NCBI RefSeq assembly: GCF_963921235.1
Contig: NC_086123.1
Coordinates: 3,844,001 to 3,908,000, forward strand
Source of the DNA: Mobula hypostoma
Taxonomy: Eukaryota
Length of the DNA stretch: 64,000 nt
Reading direction: 5' to 3'
The number at the start of each line of letters is the position of its first letter. Within the stretch, counting starts at the first letter, position 1. The notes beneath the pieces are model-generated. The model searched no databases. It saw only the letters and a list, made by a program, of their open reading frames with translations, and was not told the DNA's origin. Both the position numbers and the translations under genes were made by a program. Below, in pieces: positions 1 through 13,078 of the stretch.

Positions 1-308
1 CGTTGTCCGCTGTTGCTCGGATGCTCTGTTTGTTTTTTTGTTTATACTCTGTGTAGCCCAGGTTGTCTCCGATGCCGTTGACACTGTAACAGTTCACTTC
101 TATATTAGATCTATCAATTGCTGTTGCTTGTGAATCAACAGAGGCATTTATAATAGGCACATATTGCTTGAAACTGACTTTTTAACGCCACCCATCTGGC
201 CTTGCGTATACATATTACTGTACCATACAGTGCATCCCTCAGCACCATCACCGAATCATTTTGCCCCTCCGTAGCACCAGCAAGAAAAAATCTCTGTTGC
301 CGCCACTG
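1..308 (+). mobile_element. 3' end of a hAT DNA transposon (same family as 28840-31279)
   Basis: Near-identical to about 30975-31279; ends in GCCGCCACTG (terminal inverted repeat). Confidence 0.8.
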
Positions 309-602
309 GTGGCATCACAGGTAGATAGGGTCATAAAAAAAGACTTCATAAATCAAAGTGCTGAGTACAGGAGATGGGATGTTATGTTGAAGTTGTGTAA
401 GACATTGGTGAGGCCTAATTTGGAGTATTGTGTGCAGTTTTGGTCGCCTATCTGCAAGAAAGACGTAAATATGGTTGAAAGAGTACAGAGAAAATTTACA
501 AGGATATAGCCGGGTCTGCAGGACCGGTGTTACAAAGAACGAATGAATAGGTTAGGACTTTATTCCTTGGGACATAGAAGATTAAGAAGAGATTTCATAG
601 AC

Positions 603-1991
603 CAGCGGTCCCCAACCACCGGGCCGCGGACCGTTGCCGGGCCGCAAAGCATGTGCTACCGGGCTGCGAGGAAACGATATACTTTGGCGATATGAGTCAG
701 CTGCACCTTTCCTCATTCCCTGTCACGCCCACTGTTGAGCTTGAACGCATGCGAGGTCATTACCTGCACGTCATCCATGTCAGCGCGGGAGGGAGATCAA
801 CTCCTCGAGCTTGCAAATGACAGCGGGCTGAAAAGTATGTTTGACATAACATCTCTGCCGGTATTCTGGATCAAAGTCAAGGCTGAATATCCTGAGATAG
901 CCACGAAAGCACTGAAAACGTTGCTTCCATTTCCAACATATCTCTGCGAAGCAGAGTTTTCTGCAATGAATGCAACGAAAACTAAATTGAGAAATAGACT
1001 GGACGTAAGGAACCCCCTTCGGGTATCTTCCTTCACTCCTGACGAAGGGTCTCGGCCTGAAACGTCGACTGCGCCTCTTCCTATAGATGCTGCTTGGCCT
1101 GCTGTGTTCACCAGCAACTTTGATGTATGTTGCTTGAATTTCCAGCATCTGCAGAATTCCTGTTGTTTGCCCTTCGAGTATTGCTGTCTCCCATCACCCC
1201 TCGATGGGACCGTCTTGTTGCAGGAAAACAAGCCCAGGGCTCCCACTGATTCAGCGATATTGGTGTGTTGCAATTATTTTATATGTTCATACGGGGAAAA
1301 TACGTGCTGTGTGTTTAATATCCAAACGTCACTTAAAATGTTATGATGCTATTGACTTATAAGTGACTTATATAACCATATAACAATTGCAGCACGGAAA
1401 CAGGCGATCTTGGCCCTTCCAGTCCGTGCCAAACGCAACTGTCACCTAGTCCCACTGACCTGCACTCAGCCCATAACCCTCCATTCCTTTCCTGTCCATA
1501 TACCTATCCAATTCTTCTTCAAATGATAATATCGAACCTGCTTCTGCCACTTATACTGGAAGTTCGTTCAACACTTACTTCAAGCTCCCCTGTCTTCCCC
1601 TGATAATTGACTTATCACTATATTCATGCGAGGAAAATATGAGCTGTGTGTTTAATATTAAATTTGTTAGATAAACCCTTTTAGAAATGAAATTGAGTGT
1701 ATTAGCCACTTATCACCTATATGCCGGTCATGATTAACATCAACTCCCCCCCCCCCAAACAGAATTGGCAAAAATGATTTGCAGGGATAAAAATCGGCAG
1801 GTATGGTGCCCGTGCAAAGCTCCATGGTCATTGTAATCTATTCTGTGTAAACACAACGTATTTGACTGCTACTCTTGTCCGTTGACAACCCTACTGCACC
1901 CCCGCACCCCCCCCCCCGCCCTGGGTCGGCCGGTCCAAGAATATTGTCAATATTAAACCAGTCCGCAGTGCAAAAAAGGTTGGGGACCCCT
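603..1991 (+). mobile_element. Non-autonomous hAT (Charlie/Buster-type) element
   Basis: TIRs CAGCGGTCCCCAACC and GGTTGGGGACCCCT; remnant of the hAT dimerisation domain FWIKVKAEYPEIATKALKTLLPFPTYLCEAEFS; nested insertions. Confidence 0.85.
1027..1169 (+). mobile_element. Penelope-like terminal-repeat fragment with hammerhead motif
   Basis: Same sequence as the 3' end of 21127-21902; flanked by a 12-bp duplication CCCTTCG(G/A)GTAT (1015-1026, 1170-1181). Confidence 0.8.
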
Positions 1992-2629
1992 ATAAATAGA
2001 TGTATACAAAATAATGAGGGGTAAATGCAAGAAGGCTTTTTCCACTGAGGTTGGGTGGGACTACAATGAAAAGGTCATGAGTTATGGGTGAAGGGTGAAC
2101 ATGAGGGAAACTTCTTCACTCAGAGGGCAGTGAGTGCGGAATGAGCTGCATGCAAGCTCTATTTCAATGTTTAAGAGAAGTTTGGATAGGTACATGGATG
2201 ATAGGGGTTTGGAGGGCTATGGTCCAGGTGCAGGTTGATGCGAGTAGACATTTTGAATGGTTTGGCATAGACTAGATGGGCTGAAAGGCCTGTTTCTGAG
2301 CTGTACATTTCTATGACTCTCACTTCAAATTGACATTAGTAGTACGTTTACCCCTCAAGAGCATGTCGGGAAAAGAGGGTTTTACCGGAAGCATCAGTCA
2401 CCAAAATGTCATGCAGACACTTCAACAAGCACAATAGGACACTTATAGAATAATCATAGAATAGTTACAGCTCAGAAGGACGTTCAGTCCATCATATCCA
2501 TACTGACTTTCAACAGGGAAGCATAAATAGCATTTCACCAGCCTCTTCCCTTCAGCCGTGAAATTTTTCCACATTATAATTCCCTTTTGGTGTCGGGAGA
2601 TCATAGTAAAGTTTACAAAGGTAGGTGGG

Positions 2630-3520
2630 GGATAGGTGGTGAGAGGGAAGCAGGGAGTTTGCAGAAGGACTGGATAAGTTGGGAGAATGAGTCAAGAAAT
2701 AGCAGATGGAATACAGTGCAAGGGAAGGGTGTGTTCATGCACTTTGTAAGATTAATCCTGGGAATGAAGGGGTCAATGTATGAGGAACGTTTGATGGATC
2801 TAGGCCTGTACTTGTGGAGCTTAGAAGGATGGTGATGGTGGATTGGGGAGAAATCTAATTGAAATATACCAGAATTGAAAGCCCTAGGTAGAGTGGAGGT
2901 GAAGAAGACATTTCCTATTGTGGGAGAGTTCAAGACCAGAGGACACAGACTCAGAATAGAGGGGTGTCCTTTTAGAACAGAGATGAGGGGGAATGTAGAG
3001 AGAAGGTTTAGCCTGAGAGTAGTGAATCTATGGAATTCATTGCCACAGATGTCTGTGGAGGCCAAGTTTTGGGGTATATTTTAAGAGGAGGTTAATCAGT
3101 TCTTGATTAGTAAAGGTTTCAAAGGTTGTCATTTTTAGAGTGTTTGATGGCTCTGGGCCTGCATTCCCTAGGATCCAGAAGAATGAGGGGTGACCTCATT
3201 GAAACCTATTGAATGGTGAAAGACCTTGATAGAGTGGATGTGAAGAGGACATTTCCTATCGTGGGAGAGTTTAAGACCAGAGGACACAGGCTCAGAATAG
3301 AGGGGTGTCCTTTTAGAACAGAGATGAGAAGGAATTTCTTTAGTCAGACAGTGGTAAATCTGTGGAATTCTTTGCCACAAGCAGTTGTGGAGGCCAGGTC
3401 TTTACATATATTCAAGGCAGAGGTTGATAGATTCTTGATCGGTCAGGGCATGGAGGGATACAGGGAGAAGGCAGCAGCCTGGGGCTGAGAGGAAAATTGG
3501 ATCAGCCGTGGTGAAATGGT
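2630..3520 (+). mobile_element. Two tandem degenerate CR1 3' fragments
   Basis: TRGHRLRIEGCPFRTEMR...VVNLWNSLPQ occurs twice (2875..3084, 3213..3488). Confidence 0.8.
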
Positions 3521-6500
3521 TATTACTCGTGTTTCTATTTATTTTGTTTCTTTTTATTTTGTACTATATGAAAGAATTGTAAAGAAAAATCTGCATTTTC
3601 TAGAAATCTAAAATAAAACCAGAAATGATCAAAATATGCAGCAGGTCAGACAGAGTTTGTAGAGAGATAGGCAGTGTGAATGCTAACAGAGTTGACACTT
3701 ATAAACCAGCTTCTAAAGTCTCTGAGACTATTATAACATCGAGACATATCTTTCAATGATCTGCGAAAGGTTATTGCTAGCACTTTTTTTTTGCAGTAAA
3801 TAACCAAACTGGGTTAGGTACCTGTGCAACTTGTTTTGTGCTGTCCATTATTTAGCAGGAGCTTCCACTAAGATGCCAATGTTCCCATTAATCCCAACCT
3901 CAATGGAATCATAAGTCTTGTGCTAGAGTACAGTCTTCATGGCCAGTGATTCAAACAGACGTACAGTATGTAAGTTGAGCTCAGCAAAAGCCTGTCTATT
4001 CACGTTAATCTTTTGCTTTCAATACTGAACTTTCACACAAAGAAACCTACCAACTTTCTTCCAGTGTGTCTTACAGTCTGACGCCAAACCAATATATCAA
4101 AAGTCACAACTCAGGTCACTAGGCTTCCTTACATTTGGTTATTCGCTATGCAACAACTTGCATTAATATATTGCCTTCGACTTAGTTAACACATCTAAAT
4201 ATTTCCAATGTGATATGCTGTTATTTCATTCCTGAAATTTCAGGCTTATTTTCAAAGTCATCAGCAAAAATGTAACATTGCACTGTTTCAAGTTATTTTC
4301 CTCAAAACGCAGATTCTTTTATTCGAGAGTCATTAAGGACGTGACATCATGAAGAGCCCAAACCAGAATTGACCAGCAAGTTAGTAGAAATCTGCCTTGA
4401 ATGGAAAAGTAAATCAGAAAGTAGCAAATATTTATATTCAGATACATTCGCGGCTGATTAAAATCCCTGGCTTCACAGAGCTGTGATCAGTGGCTGATTC
4501 ACATTGCGCCTATTTCCAATCGGGATTTTATTCAACTAAATACTAGATGCAACTTCAGCTGAAGGAAGGTACATTTCAGATCTTACCAACTTGCTCAGCA
4601 TTTGTGGTGTCCAAGTCTTCAGTCTGTAAGTTACTTTAGCGGTAGCTGGATTCTCCCAATTACTTCCAAAAATACTCAATAGAAAATGGACAAATGAGTC
4701 CAGATGTAACTATTCACGTGCAATTAATTTATGGTAACTTTGTACACCAGAGATGTCAACGGATTGATGAAGTTCACTATTGCTCTGGAGTTTTAAACTG
4801 TCTGTTGTCAGAAAGCCAACATCATTAATCACTGACAGACCACCTTTACAAACAAGCCAACAAAAACTGAACTCAAAGCAATACCTAACTCCAGGAATTC
4901 AAGGAAATGAAGGTGTATGAAATGTGCCACTGATAGTGACGACTGACCTGGAAAATCCAAATGACCTTTATGTCATGAAATCAGCCAAGCCACATCCTTA
5001 TAGTTGGCATTAATGCGATAAAGGGTAAATACTAGTAACTGGTGGAATGCTCTCATTGTCTGAAGAATGAGCAAGTGATTTAAACGGTATTCACGGAGCA
5101 TAAGAATGTTATTTCTCATTCCTTCCATACATATATTTTACTATTAGCGTTTATCATCATTCATTGATAGAAAGCACAACACTTCTCAAATCTCCACTGT
5201 CACTCATTGACAGAAAACCCATAGCAGCCTCCAACGTCCCACTCTTCCCACATGTTTCTGAAAATATGAAGATCCAAGGACATTTGTCGCAGTGTCTACA
5301 GAACAGAACAGTTAAACACTAGACATAAGTTGTACGAATAGAATTAGGCCATTTGGCCCATCGAATCTGCTCCACAATTCACCTTTTCTTTGAGTAAGGA
5401 TATTGATTTACCTGTCATTCTGACAACGGCAGATGAACCAAGCATCCTCATTCAAGCAAAGGGTGGTTTACCTGTTCCATAAGGACAAAGCAACAGATCA
5501 GTAGCAGCTTATTATTGGCACATATACCAAGATGCCGGTGGTGTCGTGGCATCTGCACCCAAGTGGTCCCGGGGTTCGAATCCAGCCGGCTCCTTTCACA
5601 GGCTGGGTTGACAGCATTCAGCTGGCAGCTCAGTCTCAGAAAACAGGCAGTCGCTAAAGAAATGGCAAGGTTGCCATGGAGGTGCAGGAAGATATTTATT
5701 ATTATTACATAGTGAAAAGCTTCAGTTTGCATGCTGTCCAATCAGATCCTACCATATAAACGAGTATCGAGGACTGGTGAGGGGCCTCAGCTCCAAACGT
5801 CGACTGATTATTCTTCTCCATAGACGCTGCCTGGCCTGCTGAGTTCCTCCAGTATTTTGTGTGTGTTGCTTTGCCTGTCATGTGTGTGGTATATGTGTGT
5901 GCAAAGTAGACAATTGGTACTACCAGTCTTTGTGGAGTACTGATTGATGCTTTCTCCAAACCAGCTAGTGTTTACTTGTTAATTACACATAGCAACCTGG
6001 CATTTGGCTGGAGGGAGGGATCTTCCACTTGCTTCATTGGCCATGAAACCTTAAACTTTAAAGTGTCCTTAAAGCCTGTATGATTGTACTCTATGTGTTT
6101 AACCCCTGAGATAAAGACGCATTGTGTGTTTTGAATTTATTTTAATTGGGTGAATCTTTCCTGAGTTTCAAGAATATGCTTTGGCAGCTTCTGAGACCCT
6201 ATGGTTCAGAGAGGAAGTGGGAGTGAGAGAGACAACAAAGAGAGAAAAAGGGGTTGTAAATCCAAAATAAAAATTCATTGTCTATGTTCTCACTCTCTAA
6301 CTACTCCCCTTCACCCATTAACAGGATAACTTTTTGTAACTTATTCTCAGGCTCATCCCATTAGGGACATAACCCTTCTCCACTGACCCTGCAGCTTAAC
6401 AAGCTTCTTTTCTCATGGGAGGGGCTTTGACCTGAAATATTATCTTTGTTACTCCTCCCCCAGATGTGGCCCAGCCTGCTAAGAATTTCCAACATTTTAG

Positions 6501-6790
6501 ATTTGAGTAAAGTGAGTGAGTGTTAATTAACTCTGAGAGAGGTGTTGAATTTAACTCCACCTACTGTGGAATCAGCTCTGACTGGAAAAATTACTTGCTA
6601 TTTTATCTGTAATTACATTGCAGGGATTTTGAAGAAGTTCCTGCGTAGAATCATCTTTTTAATAATGTTCTTCCTTTCTTTTGTGAGATATCTGAATTAA
6701 TGTTGGTGGAATTTAGAACTTCAATTCCACAATAACACATTTTGGCTTAATAAAGAGAAAGACAGAAGGATTTCCAATATGAGTCACCAG

Positions 6791-8360
6791 TACAGTACTT
6801 CTCCACAATCATTACTGCACTGTTCTCCGTAGCGAAAATCTCACGCAAGTGCCATCGGCAGAAAATCTCACGCAAGAGCCGTCGGCAAAAACACGGTGCA
6901 AGCGCTCTCCAGTAACCTTTAAACTATGAAGCTGCCAAATCATACCAAATAACACGTAAAAATACACAGCCTATATAAAGTAGAAATAATGTACGTACAG
7001 TGTAGTATCACTTACGGGAATCGGGAAGACAGCGCAGAGCACACTGATGATGGTGTGTTAGACTGAGTCGTAGCAGGCTGGGGTGGTGCAGTGGCCCCCA
7101 CCCTCCGGGCCACCACCGATACTGTTCCACAAAGCACGCAGGGGTGCAGCGGTAGACGAGAGGCACACAGCACATCTTTAAGAAAAAAGCCAAAACAAAC
7201 ATGCTAATTAATTAGGTGCCGCCCAGCACGTAATTGTCGGCCCAGATCAGTGACGATCGTGTCGTCTCTGATCTGGGTCGACAATTATGTGTCGGGCGGC
7301 ACCTAATTAATTAGCATGTTTATTTCGGCTTTTTTCTTAAAGGTGTGATGTGTACCCTTGCATTCTCCACGAACCGGTATCTGTCCGTGGCCTGGGTGTT
7401 GGGGTGCTGGGACACTGGGGTGTCATCTCGTCATCGTCTGTTTCCATTAGGGCAGGCAGCTCATCTTCTATCTCTGCCTACCTCGATGTCGAAGGTCGAG
7501 GTTCGTCGTCTGCTGTGGCTGATGTGAAAGGCTTGCTTGACTGCTGAGCCTTGTGCATTTTTCTATCACACAGTTCTTTGCAAGGACTCAAACCATCTTG
7601 CAAATATCCCCTAAACCTACGTACCCTTTCAAAATTAAAGTTGTACTTTATCAATGCAGCGAAAATCTCATGCAGTTGCTTCACGTTCACTTCGCTACTG
7701 CATTCGGTTTCGATTGGTATCCTTTTTTCTTCCAATTGCATCAGCTCTTCATCTATCAGATCTTGGTCATGGGATATCTCTTCAACATCATATTCATCAG
7801 CTTCCACAAGCCAAACTCACTTTGTCCTTACTTCGTTCACCATGATCGAAACGCTTAATTATGTCTAGTTTTACGCTGTGTAACACCCTTAGGAGCTCTT
7901 TTAGGCTTTTCCGATACCATAGAACTCATCTTGCAAATGACTGCTCACAGGCATGTGATTAAGCAAGGCCAGCGAGAATGCCGTTTCGAATCCGGGGGAG
8001 AGTGGCTGCTCGGAGCGCGCGCTGCCTTTTTCGTAACAGTGAAAACACCTTCTGTTAGTGAAAACAGGGTACTAATGTAGGTCTTTCGTAACAGTGAGGT
8101 TTCGTAAAGCGAACGTTCGAAAAGCGGGGGACACCTGTATTTCTACTTCATATAGGCTGTGTATTTATCATATCATTCCTGCTTTTACTATATGTTACTG
8201 TTATTTTAGGTTTTATGTGTTATTTGGCATGATTTGGTAGGTTATTTTTGGGTCTGCGAACACCCACAAAATTTTCCAATATAAATAAATGGTAATTGCT
8301 TCTTCGCTTTACGACATTTCATAGGAACGCTCTACCTTCGGATGGCGGGGGAATCCTGTA
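6791..8360. mobile_element. Tigger/pogo-type (Tc1/mariner superfamily) non-autonomous element with an internal inversion
   Basis: 6798-8137 is the reverse complement of about 18400-19710; 8140-8358 is the forward copy of about 19712-19947; DQDLIDEELMQLEE transposase remnant. Confidence 0.85.
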
Positions 8361-8389
8361 AATGAAATATGCATATATGTATCTAAAGC

Positions 8390-10130
8390 AATGATAGAGT
8401 TTCAAAACCTAATTCAAAACTCCCTTTTCATCCATCCATTTTAATGAGTACCCATTCCTTTCCTTAATATCCTCTCCTTCATCCTGTTATTTCACACAAA
8501 AATTGTAAAAGAATAACAAATTTTCCTTGGGATGATTTCTTTCAATAAACATTTGGCTAGTGCATCATTCCTTCAACAAGGAACTGTTTCAACCCATCGT
8601 GAAGAAAACATCAAGAATGACCAATACCTATTTATATCCTTCACACAAAGGAAATTCTATAAAATCCATCTGTAAAATCATGAAAGGTCTATCAGAGCAT
8701 GGTGTATGAGATCCTTCCAAATTCACTAGTTTCCCTGGAGTCTGTGAAATACATATCATACATTATTCATAAATTTGATTTGCAGCATTTGATAAACTAG
8801 GGGCATGCCATGTTTGATTTATATGATCTATCAATCCCCTCTTCAGCCTCTAGGGAAAGATTTCCCACCATAATAAGCTGTACAGTGAAGATAACGGTGT
8901 CACTTACTGAGTTATAGATCTAAACAGAATCTAGAGAACTCTCCAGAGGCTTTCAAGGCACTCTCGTAAAAATGTTCCAAACTCCTTGATAAGTGGTTAA
9001 TGAGTAACTGCACTTATACAAAATAGATTGACTACTACTGAAATAGTATAGCCACAATGGCTCCCTGGTAAGTCCCTCAGGAGTGTAGGTAATAGTAGCT
9101 CGCATTTTACACAATAAATCTCTTCCACATGGGTTCACAAGCACATCCGGAGAAAGTGAAAAGGTATGATATAATCCTGGTCTCCTATGCTAAATTCCAC
9201 CGGTCTGATTTCAAGACATTAGTAGTCTGTCCACTGTTTGGGAAGGACAGAATGCAATTCAGGCCAAAGGAGATTAGCAATAATACAAATTGTAGGTTTC
9301 ATAGCCTGCCCTTTCAGCAGTCCTGAATATTGTTCCATTTTCTATGCTATCCTCTGTATATATTCTTCTGCAGAATCACCTCAACCTTCTTGTGTCCCCA
9401 TAATCTTAGACAAAATTAGCCTTTTTTGGAAAGTCAGCCTGCAATGCATCATACGTATTTTTTAAATAAATCTTCATTTGATGTGATGGCAGCTCCTGGC
9501 CTGGCACTGTTATGGTGTTCTTGAAAGCCCTGAAATTTAACCTCAAAATATGAAATTAGGGCTAACCATTGCCTCGTTAAGGTATCCAAACCCATAATAC
9601 TAGGTCCTTGACACAAAACAATAGTTTTAAGTTTCTGAATAGCTATTTCCAAACCTGTCTCAAAGTCTCCTGCTGTCCATGGTCAATATATACCCCTTGG
9701 TTCCCTGTCCATAATTCTTCCACTGATCCCTTGCCTTAATTATTAAACATATACCATGATGGTGTCCCCTTATTTGGAGCAGGGAAGGACTCCTCTTGTC
9801 CTATTATTACCAATTTTAGCCTCTCATTCTCATCCTACTTACAGTATTTACTCTTTCACTTGTTCACTACAGTGTCCTGTCGGGATTAAATTTATGAGCC
9901 CAATGTCCACAAATCTCACTCTTACTTACTCTTTCTACCGGTACCACTGCGTCCCTAACTTCAGATCTCAGGTGTCCCTGACACACTTACCGTACAGACT
10001 CACTGAGTCCCTGACATTCTTACCGTTCAAATTTGATGTGTCCTGAATGCCATGGGTGTTCCTGACAATCTTACCAGTTAAAGCTGGTGCATCCCTGACT
10101 CCAGGGGTGTCCCTGACACTCTGAACTGTC
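8390..10130 (-). mobile_element. Degenerate class I (gamma/epsilon-like) endogenous retrovirus fragments: gag-like region, protease, integrase
   Basis: Minus-strand GRDLLCKMRATI (retroviral protease C-terminus, about 9070-9140) and CMIC...RPFMILQMDFIEFPLCEGYK*VLVILDVF (integrase, about 8590-8780). RT is not seen between them. Confidence 0.7.
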
Positions 10131-10149
10131 AAAACTAATCAATAATTAA

Positions 10150-10500
10150 TAGGCTCCAAATCCTTGGCCTCAATACCTCCTTGTGCAGTTGGATCCTGGA
10201 TTTCCTCACTTGCAGACACCAGTCAGTTTGGGGGCTACTACATCTCCTCCACGATCTCCATCAGCACAGGTAAACCACAAGGCTGTGTGCTTAGCCCCCT
10301 GCTTTACTCACTTTACGCTTATGAGGGTGTGGCTAAGCACAGCTCCAATGCCATATTCAGGTTTGCTGATGATAGACTGAATTACATGTGGTGATGAATC
10401 AGCATTTAGGAGGGAGATTGAAAATCTGGCTGAGTGGTGCCACAACAATAGCCTCTCACTCAACGTCAACGAGACCGAGGAGCTGATTATAGATTTCAGA
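10150..10500 (+). mobile_element. L2-clade LINE RT fragment
   Basis: [18 protein letters not shown]...FRFADD. Confidence 0.75.
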
Positions 10501-10639
10501 AGGAGTATTGGATTATTGTGAACGGGTTTGGGCCCCTTATCTTAGAAAGGATGTGCTGAAACTGGAAAGGGTTCAAAGGAGGTTCACGAAAACGTTTCCA
10601 GGATTGAATGGCTAGTCATATGAAGAGCATTTGAATGAT

Positions 10640-11008
10640 GCAATAAACAAAACACATCCATTGCGTGATGTACTGTATGTGTAAGAATATCATGGACGAA
10701 ACGAATATCTAATGAGGATGTCATGAGCAGAGCAAGCACAAAAAGAGAAATAATGTATGAGATCATGAAAGGGCAACGTAACTTCATTGGACATGTGATT
10801 AGGAAAGAGGAGTTAGAATGCACGGTAATTATGAGAAAGATTGAAGGGAAGAAAGCAAAAGGAAAGCAAAGACAAGTGATGATGGAGACAGCAGCCAGAG
10901 AACTGGAAATGAATACCAATAAATTGATCCACTTAACCCGAAACAGGAGTGTGTGGGCCATGGCAGTCAAAGCTCAAACTGGGCACGGCACCTGATGATG
11001 ATGATGAC
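10640..11008 (+). mobile_element. RTE-clade LINE 3' end
   Basis: FIGHVIRKEELECTVIMRKIEGKKAKGKQR followed by a (TGA)n tail at about 10993-11008. Confidence 0.75.
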
Positions 11009-11094
11009 TGTACGTGTCTGAAGAAGATGCATGTTGTAACACAAGGCTTCGATCTCAGATTGAAAAGTGCAGTGAAGAAGAATCCTTATTTTCT

Positions 11095-11805
11095 TAGTCA
11101 TAGTCATAGTCATAGTTATACTTTATTGATCCCGGGGGAAATTGGTTTTCATTACAGTTGCACCATACACAATAAATAGTAATAAATCATAAATAGTTAA
11201 ATAGTAATAAGTAAATTATGCCAGGAAGTAAGTCCAGGACCAGCCTATTGGCTCAGGGTGTCTGACCCTCCAAGGGAGGAGTTGTAAAGTTTGATGGCCA
11301 CAGGCAGGAATGACTTCCTATGACGCTCTGTGTTGCATCTCGGTGGAATGAGTCTCTGGCTGAATGTACTCCTGTGCCCACCCAGTACATTATGTAGTGG
11401 ATGGGAGACATTGTCCAAGATGGCATGCAACTTGGACAGTATACTCTTTTCAGACACCACCGTCAGAGAGTCCAGTTCCATCCCCACAACATCACTGGCC
11501 TTACGAATGATTTTGTTAATTCTGTTGGTGTCTGCTTCCCTCAGCCTGCTGCCCCAGCACACAACAGCAAATATGATAGCACTGGCCACCACAGACTCGT
11601 AGAACATCCTCAGCATCGTCCGGCAGATGTTAAAGGACCTCAGTCTCCTCAGGAAATAGAGAGGGCTCTGACCCTTCTTGTAGACAGCCTCAGTGTTCTT
11701 TGACCAGTCCAGTTTATTGTCAATTCGTATCCCTAGGTATTTGTAATCCTCCACCATGTCCACATTGACCCCCTGGATGGAAACAGGGGTCACCAGTACC
11801 TTAGC
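11095..11805 (-). mobile_element. L2/Rex-Babar-type LINE 3' end, well preserved
   Basis: YKYLGIRIDNKLDWSKNT...LYFLRRLRSFNICRTMLRMFYESVVAS; (ATGACT)n tail at 11095-11115. Confidence 0.8.
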
Positions 11806-12397
11806 TTCTATGTTTCGGAGAGAAAATAACCATGTGAGTATCAAGGGGAAGTGACTTGGAAGGACAGAGAGAGGGTGGTACTTCCATTGAACTGTGTAGT
11901 AGCCCCAATACAGGCAGACGTAAAATGAGAGAGCCCTTCCCAACACTTCTGGAGACAATGATCAGGAGGTATGGACCAAGATACTTGCTAACTCAAAGCC
12001 TCCTGCTGACAGTTTAAAAGAGCTGAGTGTTCGGAGCAGAACTGACCCCACAGAAAGCTGTGCCCGCCATGGTTCGGCGACCTTTTGGGGTGGTTACGGT
12101 CTGAACATTTCACCAACACAAGTTCGTGTGTATGATCCTCAACTTCACGCAGATCCATTTATTCAATTGATGCCCCTTGCCCATAAGACAACAGCCGAGT
12201 CACAATCAACATTCCCAGATGGTTGACCTGTGCCCAGGCAGGTGAGAATATGGGGAAGGACTTAAAAGCAGCAGTGTAAAAAGTAAATTAATCCTACTCA
12301 GGATAACTAACACAGGACAGGGAGGACTCTAGGAGGGATGGTTCAGGTTATTCTGGAAGGGGATAGTCCACAGTGTGAGGGTGAATCATGACAAGGG

Positions 12398-12690
12398 GTA
12401 GACTCCAGCCCCTTGGCATGAAACCTCATTTACTGTACTGTCTAGGTAGACTCCAGCCCCTTGGTATGAAACCTCATTTACCATCTGGGTAGTCTCCAGC
12501 CCCTTGGTATGAAACCTCATATACAGTACTATCTGGGTAGTTTCCGGCCCCTTGGCACGAAACCTCATTTACCATCTGGGTAGTCTCCAGCCCCTTGGCA
12601 CGAAACTTCATTTACCATCTGGGTAGTCTCCAGCCCCTTGGCACGAAACCTCATTTACCGTCTGGGTAGTCTCTAGCCCCTTGGCACGAA
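12398..12690 (+). repeat. Minisatellite, about 7 units of 43-48 bp
   Basis: Unit GTAGTCTCCAGCCCCTTGGCACGAAACCTCATTTACCATCTGG; period 43 measured between 12581 and 12624. Confidence 0.95.
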
Positions 12691-13078
12691 CATTGAATTC
12701 TCCAACTTCCAGTAATTCCCTCCCGCTCCCTTCCCCCATCCCAGTTTCACTCTGCCCCCTCTCCCAGCTGCCTATCACCTCCCTCATGGTTCTGCCTCCT
12801 TCTACTACCCATTGTGTTTTCCCCTATTCCTTCTTCACCTTTCCTGCCTATCTCCTCCCTGCTTCCCCTTCCCCACCCCTTTGTCTTTCCCCTTACTGGT
12901 TTTTCACCTGGAATCTACCAGCCTTCTCCTTCCCACCCTCCCCCCACCTTCTTTATAGGGCCTCTGCCCCTTCCCTCTTCAGTCCTGACGAAGGGTTCCA
13001 GCCTGAAACGTCGACTGATCGTTTCCACGGATGCTGCCCAACCTGCTGAGTTCCTCCAGCGTGTTGTGAGTGTTGCTC
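12650..13078 (+). mobile_element. Penelope-like 3' fragment (second subfamily)
   Basis: End of the GIY-YIG ORF, a pyrimidine-rich tract and CTGACGAAGGGTTCCAGCCTGAAACGTCGAC. Confidence 0.75.

Larger units (their letters stand above)
309..2320 (+). mobile_element. CR1 LINE 3' fragment interrupted by a hAT element
   Basis: LVRPNLEYCVQFWSP...VERVQRKFTR; the CR1 sequence resumes at about 1995. Confidence 0.85.

Noticed and set aside
3520-6780. Possible small minus-strand exons in unique sequence (about 4590-4626 and 5412-5471)
   Set aside because: Only splice-like dinucleotides, weak acceptors and no recognisable protein; not supportable without RNA data.
12398-12690. CRISPR-like repeat array (also 27555-27860)
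   Set aside because: There are no unique spacers, the units are contiguous and TE-derived, the context is eukaryotic and there are no cas genes.
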